DNA of 64,000 nucleotides from Mobula hypostoma (lineage: Eukaryota): NCBI RefSeq assembly GCF_963921235.1, contig NC_086097.1, positions 210,616,001 to 210,680,000 on the forward strand, written 5' to 3'. Positions 12,956-25,689 of this stretch are shown here, in pieces. The position numbers and the translations under genes are program-made. Positions within the stretch are counted from its first letter, which is position 1. Each line of letters starts with the position of its first letter. The notes under the pieces are model-generated. The model was not told the DNA's origin. It was given only the letters and a program-made list of their open reading frames with translations, and made no database searches.

Positions 12956-14174
12956 TTCCAGTCAAGATGGCACTTGCGTACAATGCTCCTTCGGTCAACA
13001 TCCTCTGGATAGACGATGAAACCATATATTTCATCTCTTTTATGTCTTTTACATTTGATTTTTCATTTTGAATGTGATTCTGGAACTGTTGGAGCTTGTG
13101 ATTTGCAGTTTGGAGATCGTTTGGGTGTTTCGACGCTCTGCAGTCTCCAAGAGAATTCCAGGAGGCAGAGGCAGCGTGTGTGAACCTTGTAGTGAGCAGG
13201 CAGTGAGACAGGGCATGAATTGATCTTTGACTCCATTTCACCGATTAAAGCGTTAAGGGAGATCAAAATATCAAGATAAATGCAGAAGGTGAGCGCCGAC
13301 TACCTGCCTTTTGATCGCTGGGGGATCACTCTGCTATCAGAGAGGGGAGACTGCCTTTTGATCGCTGGTGGGATCATTCTACCTCAGAGAGGGGAGACTG
13401 CCTTTTGATCACTGGTGGGATTATTCTGCCTCAGAGAGGGGAGACTGCCTTTTGATCGCTGGTGGGATCATTCTGCGTCAGAGAGGGGAGACTGCCTTTT
13501 GATCGCTGGTGGGATCATTCTGCCTCAGAGAGGGGAGACTGCCTTTTGAGTGCTGGGTGATTGCTCTGCTATCAGAGAGGGGAGACTGCCTTTTGATCGC
13601 TGGTGGGATCATTCTGCCTCAGAGAGGGGAGACTGCCTTTTGAGTGCTGGGTGATTGCTCTGCTATCAGAGAGGGGAGACTGCCTTTTGATCACTGGGGT
13701 AACATTCTGCCTCAGACAGGGGAGACTGCCTTTTGATCGCTGGTGGGATCATTCTGCCTTGGAGAGGGGAGACTGCCTTTTGATCGCTGGTAGGATCATT
13801 CTGCCTCGGAGAGGGGAGACTGCCTTTTGATTGCTGGGTGATTGCTCTGCTATCAGAGAGGGGAGAGTCTGCCGCTGTGCCCAGGGAATGTAACCCAGGT
13901 TTTCTGCGTTTTTGATATGGACTTAGACTATAGCCTTTTTCTCAGCTTTATAATTTTTTTTATATATTCTACATTTTTTGCCCAATCTTTTTTGTTTTGT
14001 TGTGTTCAGGGGAGGGGCATTTTGGGGTTTGATATGTCTGCTCCATTTTTGTTTTTTTGTGCGAGGTGGAGGGATTTGGGAGTCAATGATTGTGCTGCCA
14101 TTCTTTCTTGGTTTCATGACTATCTGGAGAAGAAGAATTTCAGAGCTGTATAAATTGACCTTTGAACCTCTGAA
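12956..14174 (+). mobile_element. Non-autonomous retroposon (CAAGATGGC start, TTTGAAC-type tail) carrying a minisatellite
   Basis: The 3' part is homologous to 22365-22817. Tail reads TTGACCTTTGAACCTCTGAAC. Confidence 0.6.
13304..13866 (+). repeat. Minisatellite, about 12 units of 46-47 bp
   Basis: Repeating CTGCCTTTTGATCGCTGGTGGGATCATTCTGCCTCAGAGAGGGGAGA with a second variant (..GAGTGCTGGGTGATTGCTCTGCTATCAG..). Confidence 0.95.
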
Positions 14175-16907
14175 CATAACAACCCAGGCAGGTCAGATCA
14201 TAAGACCATAAGGGATAGGAGCAGAATTAGGCAAATGAGTCCATCAAGTCTGCTCCATGTGAGGACATCCACTATGGGTGCAAGTACATTAAACGTTGCA
14301 CTATTATCTCATGCTCCTTCTGGGTGGAAAGGGTGAAGAGTGGCTGTGTCTTCAACTATGACAATGAAGCTTCATTCTCTTTCTCCAGAAACTGCTGCAG
14401 TGTCTTTTGCTACCCCAGGTAACATCAAAGTACCCATTATCTGGGAAGTCCTGGAGAAGGTAGATGTCCTTCAACTGAAACTTCCAGCAATAAAGCAGGA
14501 ACTCCTAGATGAAGATGTCCCTAGTGAAGGGGTTCCCCCATTGAGGTTCTTCACCATCACCCTGACAGTGCAGCAAATCCCTTGTCCTCCTCCCGAGGTG
14601 CTCGTCTTGCTGCATCCATTCCTATGGAGCTGGTTGGTTATTGCATATTTAGTTGCTGGAAAGGTGCTTTTGATTGGTTTTCCAATCAACATTGGGATCC
14701 ACCTTTACATCAGTAGGTTAAGCCCTCATCAAGCAGCAACCTGTCAATGAAGAGTCACTTTTATCAGCCTTCTTCTTCAAAGTTCATGATTACCGAGAAC
14801 ACCCTCAAATGTGTCATGCAGATAAACTTCCATGATCCATATCCGATGAGAACTGCCGTAGTAATCATCACCTCTCCCTGACAAGTTAGTATGTGTATCA
14901 CTTTCTGTCACTCCCCCCATGTAGAAAACACTGAAAGTCTGATTTACTTACAAGTGTCCTCATTCATAGCACGACGAATCACTGATCACATTTGTATTGT
15001 ATTTAATAACTTGTATTGATTAATGTTTAATTTGGAGGTCAATGGACAAAATGTTTACAGGGTAAATTAGTAAATTGTGGGATCTACAAATAAGCAGATA
15101 AATGTGGAAATCTGGCAGCTGCTTTCAGAGTTGTTGCTGACTTCCAAGGGATGTACCTTACCTATCCTTACCAATGGCATCTGGCCGGCAATCTCTCAAG
15201 TAAGGACACCAAAAATTATGAATCAAAGTCAGGTTTATGGTCACTGACATACAGTATTTATGAAATTTATTGTTTAGAGACAAGACATAAAAAATACTAT
15301 AAGTTACAAAAAAAGTGCAAAAGTGGAATAGTGCTGTGGTGTTCATGGGTTCTGGGACTGTTCAAAAATCTGTTGGCAGGGTGAAGAAGCTGTTCCTAAA
15401 ATGAGGGTCTTCCATCTTCTGTACCACAAATAATTCCAACATGATAAAGTGTATATATTAAAAAGCAAATATTGTCAATATTAATATTGGCCACTGATGC
15501 ATTTCTACCAAGTAGGGATGCTATCTAGGATTGTGGAAGCAATGAACTCGTGCTCAACATTAGGTTTCAGGTTAAAATTTTACCACATTATAAATGGTTT
15601 CGTGTCTTCAATGTTTACTTGAGCCTCCTGACTCAGAGGACAATTTGCTCTGGCAGATGGTAATTTATTGACGTCCGCACCATGCTGTGAGCACTTCCAA
15701 TTATCTTTTTGCCAGGTCAGTCATAGATGTGGAGATGTTTTCTTTTCAGTACTCACAAGGTGCAATCAGTTCAACACTTGGCAAAGTCATTTGGCTCTGT
15801 GTTGTTTTAAGAGCTGCTGTTAACCTGTCATTTTGATACTTAACATTAGACTTGCTGAGAACAAAATGCATTAAGCCTCCTTCAGTATGTGTTTCTGGAC
15901 AGTTAGATCATTTGTGGAACAGAGCAACATAAAATAGCAGTTGAAAAAGCAGACTCTGAACTAGTGTGAGCTAAGAAAGAAATTTGGTTGATATGATAAA
16001 AAAAACCTTTTAAACCAGTAGCTCTGGGCAAAATTTTAATGAAAGTAAATTAGCAATTTTCAGTTGGGAAAAGAATAGAGTTCACATTAAAAGCAGTAAT
16101 ATTTTTATTATTTAGTTATTAGCTGTATTCCAGCTCAAAAGTTTATGAAGTACCCTTTCTCAAAAGAGTACAGAATGATGGAAGTACACCGAGCAAGGTC
16201 ATTCAAGCCAAAAGTCTACAGTTTCTGTTTGATAGATAAACTAAAAATTCTCCAATTACCTCATTCTCTTTCTATGCCATTATTACAAAAAGACATCAGG
16301 TTGATCTGACAGATCCTAGTAGCCACTCGAGGATTGCTCTGTCCTCTGGGCAGCTGCAGCAGTCCGGCATGAAGCTTAGATGAGCCATGGGTTGTGAAAA
16401 TTGAGCATAATAGTGGAATTACCCCCACTGCAGAATGCATGAAACAGTTTGGATTGAGAACCATCCCACCCATTCTTTGCAGAAAAAACTTTGATTTTTC
16501 TAACAGGCAGATATGTCACTTAAGAAATAAGATTCACTTTTAACTTGAATAGCACGTTCGGGCCAGGGGTTTGCTGTACCCATCTGAGAATATCACCTGA
16601 GGTTACAATTTTTTTTGTGCTAATCCCTATGATTTGTAAATAGCTCAACCCTAGCGATGCAAGAATTCCGGCACGTTCCCACTTTTGCAGTAAAACACAC
16701 TTCATCGACAGAACTTATTGAGATAGAAGTTGGTGTGATTGGCTAAGGCATATTCATCAATTATCAACCATGGAGGTATTAATGGAACAAGTGGGAAAAG
16801 GAGAAGGATCCCGCTTTCAGATGGATAATTGATGCCTATAAAACCAGCAGTAGGGAAGAACCATTATGAGAAACACAGTCTCACAGCTGCAGTTCAGGCA
16901 AATATTT

Positions 16908-18720
16908 TAGACCTTAAGACAAAGGAGCAGAAGTCGGCCATTCGGCCCATCGAGTCTGCTCCGCTATTTTATCGTGAGCTGATCCATTCTCCCATTTAGT
17001 TCCACTCCCCCGCCTTCTCACCATAACCTTTGATGCCCTGGCTACTCAGATACCTAATCAATCTCTGCCTTAAATACACCCAATGACTTGGCCTCCACTG
17101 CCGCCCGTGGCAACAAATTCCATAGATTCACCACCCTCTGGCTAAAAAAATTTCTTCACATCTCTGTTCTGAATGGGCGCCCTTCAATCCTTAAGTCATG
17201 CCCTCTCGTACTAGACTCCCCCATCATGGGAAACAACTTTGCCACATCCACTCTGTCCATGCCTTTCAACATTCAAAATGTTTCTATGAGGTCCCTCCTC
17301 ATTCTTCTAAACTCCAAGGAGTACAGTCCAAGAGCGGACAAATGTTCCTCATTTGTTAACCCTCTCATTCCCGGAATCATTCTAGTGAATCTTCTCTGTA
17401 CCCTCTGTTATGTACCCCGTAACTGGGTTGCCAAACCAGCAGAAATGGACCACTCGTTGGAGTCTGGATTACTAGGAACTAATAATGTTTTATTAAAGAA
17501 ATAAGTAACACAGTACTCTAATCGTAAGGATATAAATGCAACAGGTTAGCAATGATAATACACACATGTACACAGAACTAGGGTAATAGGAATCAAACCA
17601 AGCCCTATCGCAGTCTAGGGGTAAAATGATCAGTCTTAAGTGACGCAGAGTTCAGTTCAGCTTACTACAGTTCGCAGTAATCGCTGTTGTGCCGTTGGAG
17701 GGGGGGGGATGCAGTTTGTTACAGGCAGACCTTTGATGTCTTCTATCCCGCTGTGGTCACCGACTGTGACCCCTCCGTTCCGGATACGACCATTCTTCCG
17801 CGATGAACCGGGCACCCAGGCAAGGGCGGACACACACACCAGGTTCCCACTGATTGTACCTTTACACCCTGTAAGTCTATGGTCAGTTCCCGCGAACCGG
17901 ACCTCCAAACTCCCACCAACTTGGGGGGCACACCGCTCTTTCCAGGGTCTCGTTATCTCGTGATCTCGTGGTGCGTTGTGTGCCTAGAGAACCTGCTCTT
18001 TTTATCCCCCTGCTGGGGTATCACTTGTCCATCGAACTTCAGACAGTTCAGGTTCAAAGTAACCGGTCTGTCAATAGTTGAATCATGTTCCTTCTCTCCT
18101 CCTCATTAACATTTTGAACGTTTCTCCATTGTCTCTCTTATCTCTCTCATTAGCATCAATCGTCCGATAACGTGGTTTGGCGTCACACCTTTCCAACGTC
18201 AGCACATCCTTTCTTAAATAAGGAGACCAAAACTGCCCACAGTACTCCAAGTGAGGTCTCACCAGTGCCTTATAGAGCCTCATCATCACATCCCTGCTCC
18301 TATACTCTAGAAATGAATGCCAACATTGCATTCGCCTTCTTCACCACCAACTCAACCTGGAGGTTAACTTTAAGGGTATCCTGCACAAGGACTCCCAAGT
18401 CCCAATGCATCTCAGAACTTTGAATTCTCTCCCCATTTAAATAATAGTCTGCCCATTTATTTCTTCTGCCAAAGTGCATAACCATACACTTTCGAACATT
18501 GTATTTCATTTGCCACTTCTTTGCCCATTCTTCCAATCTATCCAAGTCTCCCTGCAGATTCTCTGTTTCCTCAGCACTACCGACCCCTCCACCTATCTTC
18601 ATATCATCAGCAACCTTAGCCACAAAGCCATCTATTCCATAATCCAAATCGTTGATGTACAACGTAAAAAGAAGCGGCCCCAACACGGACCCCTGTGGAA
18701 CACCACTGGTAACCGGCAGT
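16908..18720 (-). mobile_element. CR1 LINE 3' portion (young subfamily)
   Basis: Nearly identical in reverse complement to 50335-51370. RT C-terminal ORF at 18300-18686. Confidence 0.95.
17406..18187 (-). mobile_element. Solo LTR (782 bp) inserted in CR1
   Basis: TGT...ACA termini. TSD CCTC/CCTT, and the CR1 sequence resumes exactly. TTTATT (minus-strand AATAAA) at about 17489. Confidence 0.85.
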
Positions 18721-19574
18721 ATAATTCCTCTTATTCATAGCCCTGCAGTACCATCGCCTAACCTGAGCAATATGTAATTCCCATACTTACTCCAACCTCC
18801 ATACACCTTCTCTGCAACTTCCTCAATTATTCATTTAATAATTTAAAAATGCATACAGTCACTTTGCCCCGATGACATACAATGACAGCCTGGTTCAACA
18901 CTGCAGTGTCAGTCCCTGCTCCTAATGTCACAGTGTGCTACTTATGGATTTTCTGGTCCATTTAACTGTTTCAGGTAGCTTAGCTTGAAGACATTTTTCC
19001 TGAAGGCTGTTCTCATTTTACTTAATCCTTAATTATGCCTTTCATAATTTTATAACTCCAGAATGATCCCAAACCAAAGGCACTTCTCAGCCACTGATAG
19101 GAACAGAAGGAGGCTACTGAGCAACATTGAAGAACTGATACTCGTCCTGCTCTGTTCCCACTACTTTTCTCATCTGATTTATTAATTTCAGCTTCTTTCT
19201 TCCCTCACAGGTTCCCCACCTCAGTTTCTTATACATTTAAGGAACTATTTTCCCTTGCATTTCTCCCATTTCTCTGAAAAGAATTGCAAATCATTACATT
19301 CAGAGCCTTAATGTTTTAAAACAGCTTTGCTGATTTGGAGAACATCAACTAAGATGGTGTAGGCTTATTTAATAAGATTTAATAATTGCTACTGTACAAA
19401 CATGAATAGGTACATTATATTGATGAAGAGTTGCTTTTCTGCTTAATTTATCTGCAGTGTGTTTTAATAGGTGCCAAGGACAGATATTGCAGGTTTCACT
19501 GTCACAGGGAGAATACTCTGCAAGTTTTGTGATAAAATTAGTTACATTTAAGTTAATTGGAAACGCCGGTGTTG

Positions 19575-19731
19575 TGACTCAAAATGACACCATAATTGGT
19601 TCAAGTTATATGACGTTACAGATGAATAGGTATGATTATTCATTTGATTCAAAATCCAGGCATGAGTCAGTGTGCTGCTCATTTACGGTAAAGATTCCAG
19701 CAGTGACAAATCAGCCTGACAACATGAGTCA
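19575..19731. promoter_or_regulatory. Candidate enhancer: three perfect AP-1 sites
   Basis: TGACTCA at 19575, TGAGTCA at 19663 and 19725, in DNA where no repeat was recognised. Confidence 0.35.
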
Positions 19732-20104
19732 AAACTCAGCACTAACACCACACACCTATGGAGTGCCTATTTAAAACAACGTACTTGCATTCATATCAAC
19801 TGTTATCTCCTCAGGAAATTTCAAAGCACATAATTGTCAATTATGTGGGTGGGTTGCCAGCCAGAAGAAGATCACAAAGTTAAGGAAGGAGGAATTCACA
19901 GAGTGATTGAAACATAACAATAAAAAATTTAAATTGAGGCGTTTGTGGACTAATTTTCTTTTTCCTTCTCTTGTAGTGTTTTACCTACTTTTACATCTTC
20001 TCCTAAAATCCATTTGAAATTAGTCATATACTCAAGTTTATAAGGAATATTAATTATTGTAGAGATTGAATTATTTTGTCTGTTTTAAACCATTTTTATT
20101 AACA

Positions 20105-22000
20105 CATTTGCAGTCATTCAAAGTCAAAGGAACCCTGGAGCAGCAGAAAAGCTACCAATTAAGTGTTCCTGCTCCACCTTGTCCATTTTTACATTTACAA
20201 GTGAACTATATCTCTCTACCAATGCATCAAGGATACTCAGACATACAGTAATACTGGACTAGTTTTCAAGAGGGGTCAAAGTTATTTGAGTAAGGAAAGC
20301 CACTGCCACACACATAGCAAAATCTCTGATTAAGATGAGGATTGCTGTTACCTTGACTCTGACCAAAGAACACATCTTACTGGGAATGTTTGTCAGGAAC
20401 TATGTTGATTGGTGACATCATTCATTGTTCACATCACCCTGATTCATGAAGCGAAGTGAATTAAATCATCAAACAATGACTGACTTAAGTATCATGAAAA
20501 AGTGTACCATGACCTACAGCTCATCCTATGGTATTATGCAGCATCAGAACAACCCCAAACAAGAAAACTAAATTATGTCCATTCAAGAAATAACAGGTAT
20601 GTCACTGCCAGGGAACTTCGATCCCAGAAAAGCTGATATACACATTATGACAGACAGTTAACTATTTTGTGAAATTGACCCAAGCTGTACAGTCTGCTTC
20701 TCCACAGGTCTTTGCCACTTGGAGTTATCCAACAGAAAGAGGACTCTGATTCCTGGTGAGCAGGTCCTGATTAAGAAACCACATAAGGAACCACTGGGAG
20801 CTCAATGGGAAGGTCCTTTCCAAATGCCGTTAATTACCAACTTGGAAGTGAAAGTTGAAGATAAAAGTCAGTGGATACACACCAGCCACTGCAAGCAAGC
20901 TGAAGTGGTACCCAACAAGGACAACAAGCACTATGGTTATGTGCTAGTAATCTCCTGGCCACAGAGCTGGACTACATTGAGCAAATCACTAGCCAGCCAG
21001 ATGACTCTGAACAGTCAACAACTACTGGACATTATGAAGTTTGTTCCACTATGATTTGTTATATTTTGCCAATTTCCCCATAATATGCCAGTTGAGATGA
21101 CTCATAATGTATACTTGTATTATTGATGATCAGAAATATTACAATTCAACAAAACTTGTGTCAATTAATAATAAATGATCTGAGTTCATGGAATAATATG
21201 TACTTCATGTGCAAAAATGAAGTCAACACCTCTCCTCCATGTAATTGGTTCGAATCTTGTTATTTAGGGTGTGTTTTTCCTGCTACGAGACATACACAAA
21301 CCTAATAGTAAATTAACCATATCAGAAGGAGTTAGTTTTGAGTGAATTTTATTCCTATTTTATGATGTAGCAAGTATAGGCGAGATTTAAAAAAATGCTT
21401 CAGTCATAGAAAGAGTAAGCAATGATACTGCTGAAGCCTTTGAAAAAGTGACAACAGGAATGGTTGCCATGCTTAAGATAGTCATTCAAAATTGTACAGC
21501 ATTATATCTACTCTTAACAGTTAAGGGGGTAACATGTGCAGTTATAGGTAAAAGTCTTGTACTTACATACGTGATGAGTCTGAAGACATAACTAGTCAGG
21601 ACAATCATATTCATAAAGAAACTGCTAAAATACATCAATCTGATGCATTGGAATTTCTTTGACTGGATGCATTCAAGTAACGGAAGCTGGGTTACTCAAT
21701 ATTATGAGTTATATCATTCATATATATATGCCTTATCATAATTTACATCTTTTTACTTGTTTAAAAGTGATCGTTAATAGAATGGTTCAAACTTGCGTAA
21801 GTGTGCCTACTAATCTGCCGAACCATGACATAATCTTATGAATACTTTGAAGCACATATAGACCTTGATGTTCCATAACCCAAGTAGTTTTTCGACTAGT
21901 TTATACAGTGCATAACATAGATACCACAGTTCTTCTTGCTTCTGAATTTTCAGATGTAATGATTCCAAACTTATGATTTAGAATCAAAGGTGGGGGGGGG
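20105..22000 (+). mobile_element. Endogenous retrovirus relic: integrase, env and polypurine tract
   Basis: Integrase-like PFLHLQVNYISLP and PGEQVLIK..QWEGPF..WIHTSHCK. Env-like NWFESCYLGCVFP and VIQNCTALYLLLTVKGVTCAVIG (immunosuppressive-domain-like). Purine tract AAAGGTGGGGGGGGG at about 21986. Confidence 0.8.
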
Positions 22001-22364
22001 GAGTGGATTTTTGGAGAAGTCTCTTTAATTCTTAGTTTAGACTGCCTAATTGTTATTTTATTTGCAGTTTAACAATTAATTATCTGTTTGTATTTTAAGT
22101 AGTTCTTGTGTGCATCTAACAGTTTAATATGCCTCTAGTGGCTATACAAAGTATACTGTAATTCTGAAATGGTCTGGAAGTTTCTTTGTTCTGTATTACT
22201 TGAATAAGTGCTTTCTCACTGTTAACTTGGTACTGCAGAATTGAATAAGTGATTTCTATTTGGTTAATTCTTATCTACAGACTTGAATGCAATTTTCCTT
22301 ATCTATGTGGTATAATAATAGCTGTTCTATGCTAGTTTCCATCCTTAATGTTAGTTTTCTCTTC

Positions 22365-22817
22365 ACTGGTGAGATCGCTCTGCTACAGAGAGGGAAGACT
22401 GCCTTTTATCACTGGTAAGGTCGGACAAGATGTAGACAGGAGGGTATGGAACTGAGGGGGTGTGTATCTGGGACGCCAGGTACAAGGAAAGACAAGGACA
22501 AGGAGAACGTTGCCCAAGTTTTCTATGTTCTGGATGTGGACTTGGATTGTGGGCTTCTTTTCAGTCTTGTAGTTTTTTTGTACTTTGTGTTTTTCGCTGA
22601 TCTTTCTCGTTTTTCATATGTAGTGTAGAGGGATTTGGGTGTTGATGTGTCTTTTCCGTTTTTGTTTGTCTTTTTGCGCGGGGAGCAAGGATTTGGGGGT
22701 TGATGACTGTGCTGCCATTCTTTTTCCTTCTTGGTTTCATGGCTATCTGGAGAAGAAGAATTTCAGAGTTGTATACATTGATAATAAATGAATGTTTGAC
22801 CTTTAGAACCTTTGAAC
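22365..22817 (+). mobile_element. 3' part of the non-autonomous retroposon family seen at 12956-14174
   Basis: Single minisatellite unit, shared GGCTATCTGGAGAAGAAGAATTTCAGAG, AATAAA and TTTGAAC tail. Confidence 0.65.
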
Positions 22818-22939
22818 TAGTGGACCCCTATTACTGTCTGTTCAACCTTTCCTCATACTATCCACTTTTATTACAACAATCATGAAGCAACAATTTTTCT
22901 GCTGCTTTCCTGACTTCTTAAAGAATCTTGGAACAAAAA

Positions 22940-23855
22940 CATTTCAATCCCTATGGTAAGTTGGCACTCTCGATGTTGGCAGTGGGCTTAGAGTGGTGAC
23001 AGGGAGGGAGGGTAGGTACGTTATCGAGGTCATCAGGTGGGTGCCCTCCTTCTTTGACGTTTCGTTGATAAGCCCACAACGCCTCCAGATGGCTCAACGG
23101 TGCTACCTGGCGTCCCAGATACACACCCCCTCAGTTCCATACCCTCCTGTCTACATCTTGCAGCCCAGTTGTTGTCTTTCCTTTTAATCCAAATCCAATT
23201 GCTGCTTTCTTCTGCTGCGTTTGACAAGGACTTGATTGCTTGTTGGAGGAAGTGACCCCTCACCCCCATCTTCTTCAATAGACTGGTCGTAGATGTAGCA
23301 ACGAATCCCCTCCATCCCACTTCTACAGGGAAAATCTTGGTCTTCCAGCCATTTTGGAGAGCTTCAGTTGCCAGTTCAGAGTATTTGGTCTTTTTCCTCT
23401 CATAAGCTTCTTCAACACCATCTTCCCATGGTACTGCCAATTCCACAACATATGCCAGCTTGGCTGTTGTGGACCACAGGACCATGTCCAGCCGGAGTGT
23501 TGTAGCTGCAATGTCTGGGGGAAACACAAGCTTTTTTTCCAAATCCACATCCAATTTCCAATCCCAAGCAACCTGCAGAACACTTACATCTTTTGATGTT
23601 ATATGGTGCTCTGGAGGTTGGCCTGCTGGTACAAATCGTGTGATGTGGACATTTCCTGCTGATGTTTGTGGGAGAGCATTTGTGGTGATTTGCCTCTGTT
23701 CCAAGATTGATGCCAGCTGTCTGAGAGCTTGGTTATGCCGCCAAGTGTACTGCCCCGGGTGAGGCTCGTGGTGCATCCTGTTAAAATGTGCCTTAGTGAT
23801 CCCGGTGTTTGACAAAGAAAGCAAGCGGGGTCTTCTCCCCACCACTGGTTCATGT
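22940..23855 (-). mobile_element. HERO-like (R2 superfamily) LINE 3' end with CCHC and restriction-like endonuclease
   Basis: CFLC..HILTGC, RHNQ, RLDMVLWS..VELAVPWE..ERKKTKY..PVEVGWRGF. Confidence 0.85.
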
Positions 23856-24118
23856 TTTGGGTTTACTTAAACTGTAAAATTATGGAGCTAAAAATATAGA
23901 ATTTTGTCTGAAGATAAATAATGCCTGCTTGAGGTGAAAACACCTAAAGTAATTTTTAAAACAGGGGAATCTGTGGGTACAGGTATTCACATGTTCCTGC
24001 TTCCTTTGTCTTTCTTGGAAACAGAATTCAGCAATGTTAGAGAAGTCTGGCAGAGCAAATACTGTGTCTTTTGTAGTTGATATACATTGCAGTTTCAGTG
24101 CACTAATAATGGAAGGTT

Positions 24119-24805
24119 TAGATTAGATTAGATTATGAGGACACTCAGTCCTTGTATATTGTCATTTAGAAATGCACGCATTAAAAATGATACAATGTTC
24201 CTCCAGTATGATATCACAGAAACACAGGACAGACCAAGACTAAAACTGACAAAAACCACATAATTATAACATATAGTTACAACAGTGCAAAACAATACCG
24301 TAATTTGATAAAGAGCAGACCATGGGCACGGTAAAAAAAAGTCTCAAAGTCCTGATAGCCCCAACATCTAACGCAGACAGTAGAAGGGAGAAACTCTCCT
24401 TGCCATGAGCCTCCAGCGCTGCAAACTTGCCAATGCCGCACCGTGGAAGCACCCGACCACTGCTGACTCTGAGTCCGTCCGAAAACTTTGAGCCTCCGAC
24501 CAGCCCTCCGACACCGAGCACCGAGCACCGAGCACTATCCTCTGCCGAGCACTTCCACCCCACCCCGGCCGCTGAGCAACAAGCAAAGCCGAGGATTTGG
24601 GGCCTGACCCTCCAGAGATTTCTGATCACACAGTAGCAGTGGCAGTGAAACAGGTATTTCAGAAGTTTCACTAGATGTTCCTCCATGCTCTCATGTCTGC
24701 CTCCATCAAATCAGAATCGTGCATGGCACTCTACTTGACAGAGAACAGATATTCATCACCGGAGTGGCAGCGCGCACTGGGTCGCGCCACCATCTTCTTC
24801 TCTCC
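24119..24805 (-). mobile_element. Non-autonomous retroposon, sister of 2531-3150
   Basis: (ATTAG)n at the left end; extensive reverse-complement similarity to 2531-3150. Confidence 0.75.
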
Positions 24806-25689
24806 TTCACCTGTGGAATGTGTGGTTAAGGAACTTAGAGTCCCGATGAAGGGTCTGGACCAAACTGTCTATTTCTATCCCTTTCCACAGATGCTGCCTG
24901 ACCGAATGAGTTCCTCCAGAATTTTATGTGTGTTACAGCGGTTTCAAGATTGCATGCCAGTCAGTCTGGAATCTTCAACCTTAATGGTTTCAAGATCATT
25001 TTTTTGTATCGATGCAAGTGCACCTCCAGACAAAATGGAACGTATTTTCTCACATCTCTGTCCTCTGCCCTGTAGATGGTGACTTCGCTGTAAAAAGTAG
25101 AAATAGTCATCATATTAATGCTCAAATTACAATGTCTGATTGTGTATCATGCTGATATTGTTTGTTTTTCAACTACATATGTAAAAGGAAAATGTAATGA
25201 CTTAGTTGATTTACAGCAATAAATAATAATTTAAAAGGCTTGAATAATTATTCTAGAATAAAAGGAAAGTCATCTGGTTTGAACTGAGGGGAGAGAAAAA
25301 TGAACTTCTATCTATTTCTTTCATTTGACTCTGCTATACTTGTTAATCAGTAAAATGTTCAGGATATGAACTAGCATTCTCAATTGTTTATTGCCATGTA
25401 ATGCTTAAATTAAAATAAGAAGCCAGGACTAATGTATTAATAGTTTGTATTCAAGTTCCTCACCACTTAATTTCAGGATCTTTGATTAATCTGACCATCA
25501 CAATAATTCATTCCTTTTGCTTTATCTCAATTCATCTCCTGTTCTTCCCTGCTCTTCTCATTTTACACTTATAGTAAGGGTATAGATGAAGTGACTTTGT
25601 CACCTTTGATTTTTAATTTTTTCCCTTGGAAAATTAATCCCAGTAGGTGATCTCTTGCTTAAATTCCCTGGCAATGGAGAAGTACTGGC

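Larger units (their letters stand above)
12480..14790 (-). mobile_element. Tx1-like LINE ORF1 relic (zinc-knuckle type), interrupted at about 12956-14174 and 14200-14257
   Basis: Minus-strand peptides ..DVL..CYVEGAGSSVDIKDLFKIWS.. continue across the insertions, followed by YAGQP..CNTVICRNC..CCNL. Same strand as, and upstream of, the Tx1 ORF2 relic. Confidence 0.6.

Noticed and set aside
13304..13866. CRISPR-like array
   Set aside because: Units are contiguous with no unique spacers, there are no cas genes, and the context is eukaryotic.
16261..16473. 70-aa minus-strand ORF in unique DNA next to a GT donor
   Set aside because: No recognisable domain; the length is expected by chance.
23030..23095. 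GAAACGTC and CTGATGA in the HERO 3'UTR suggesting a hammerhead
   Set aside because: I could not form the required helices around the boxes.
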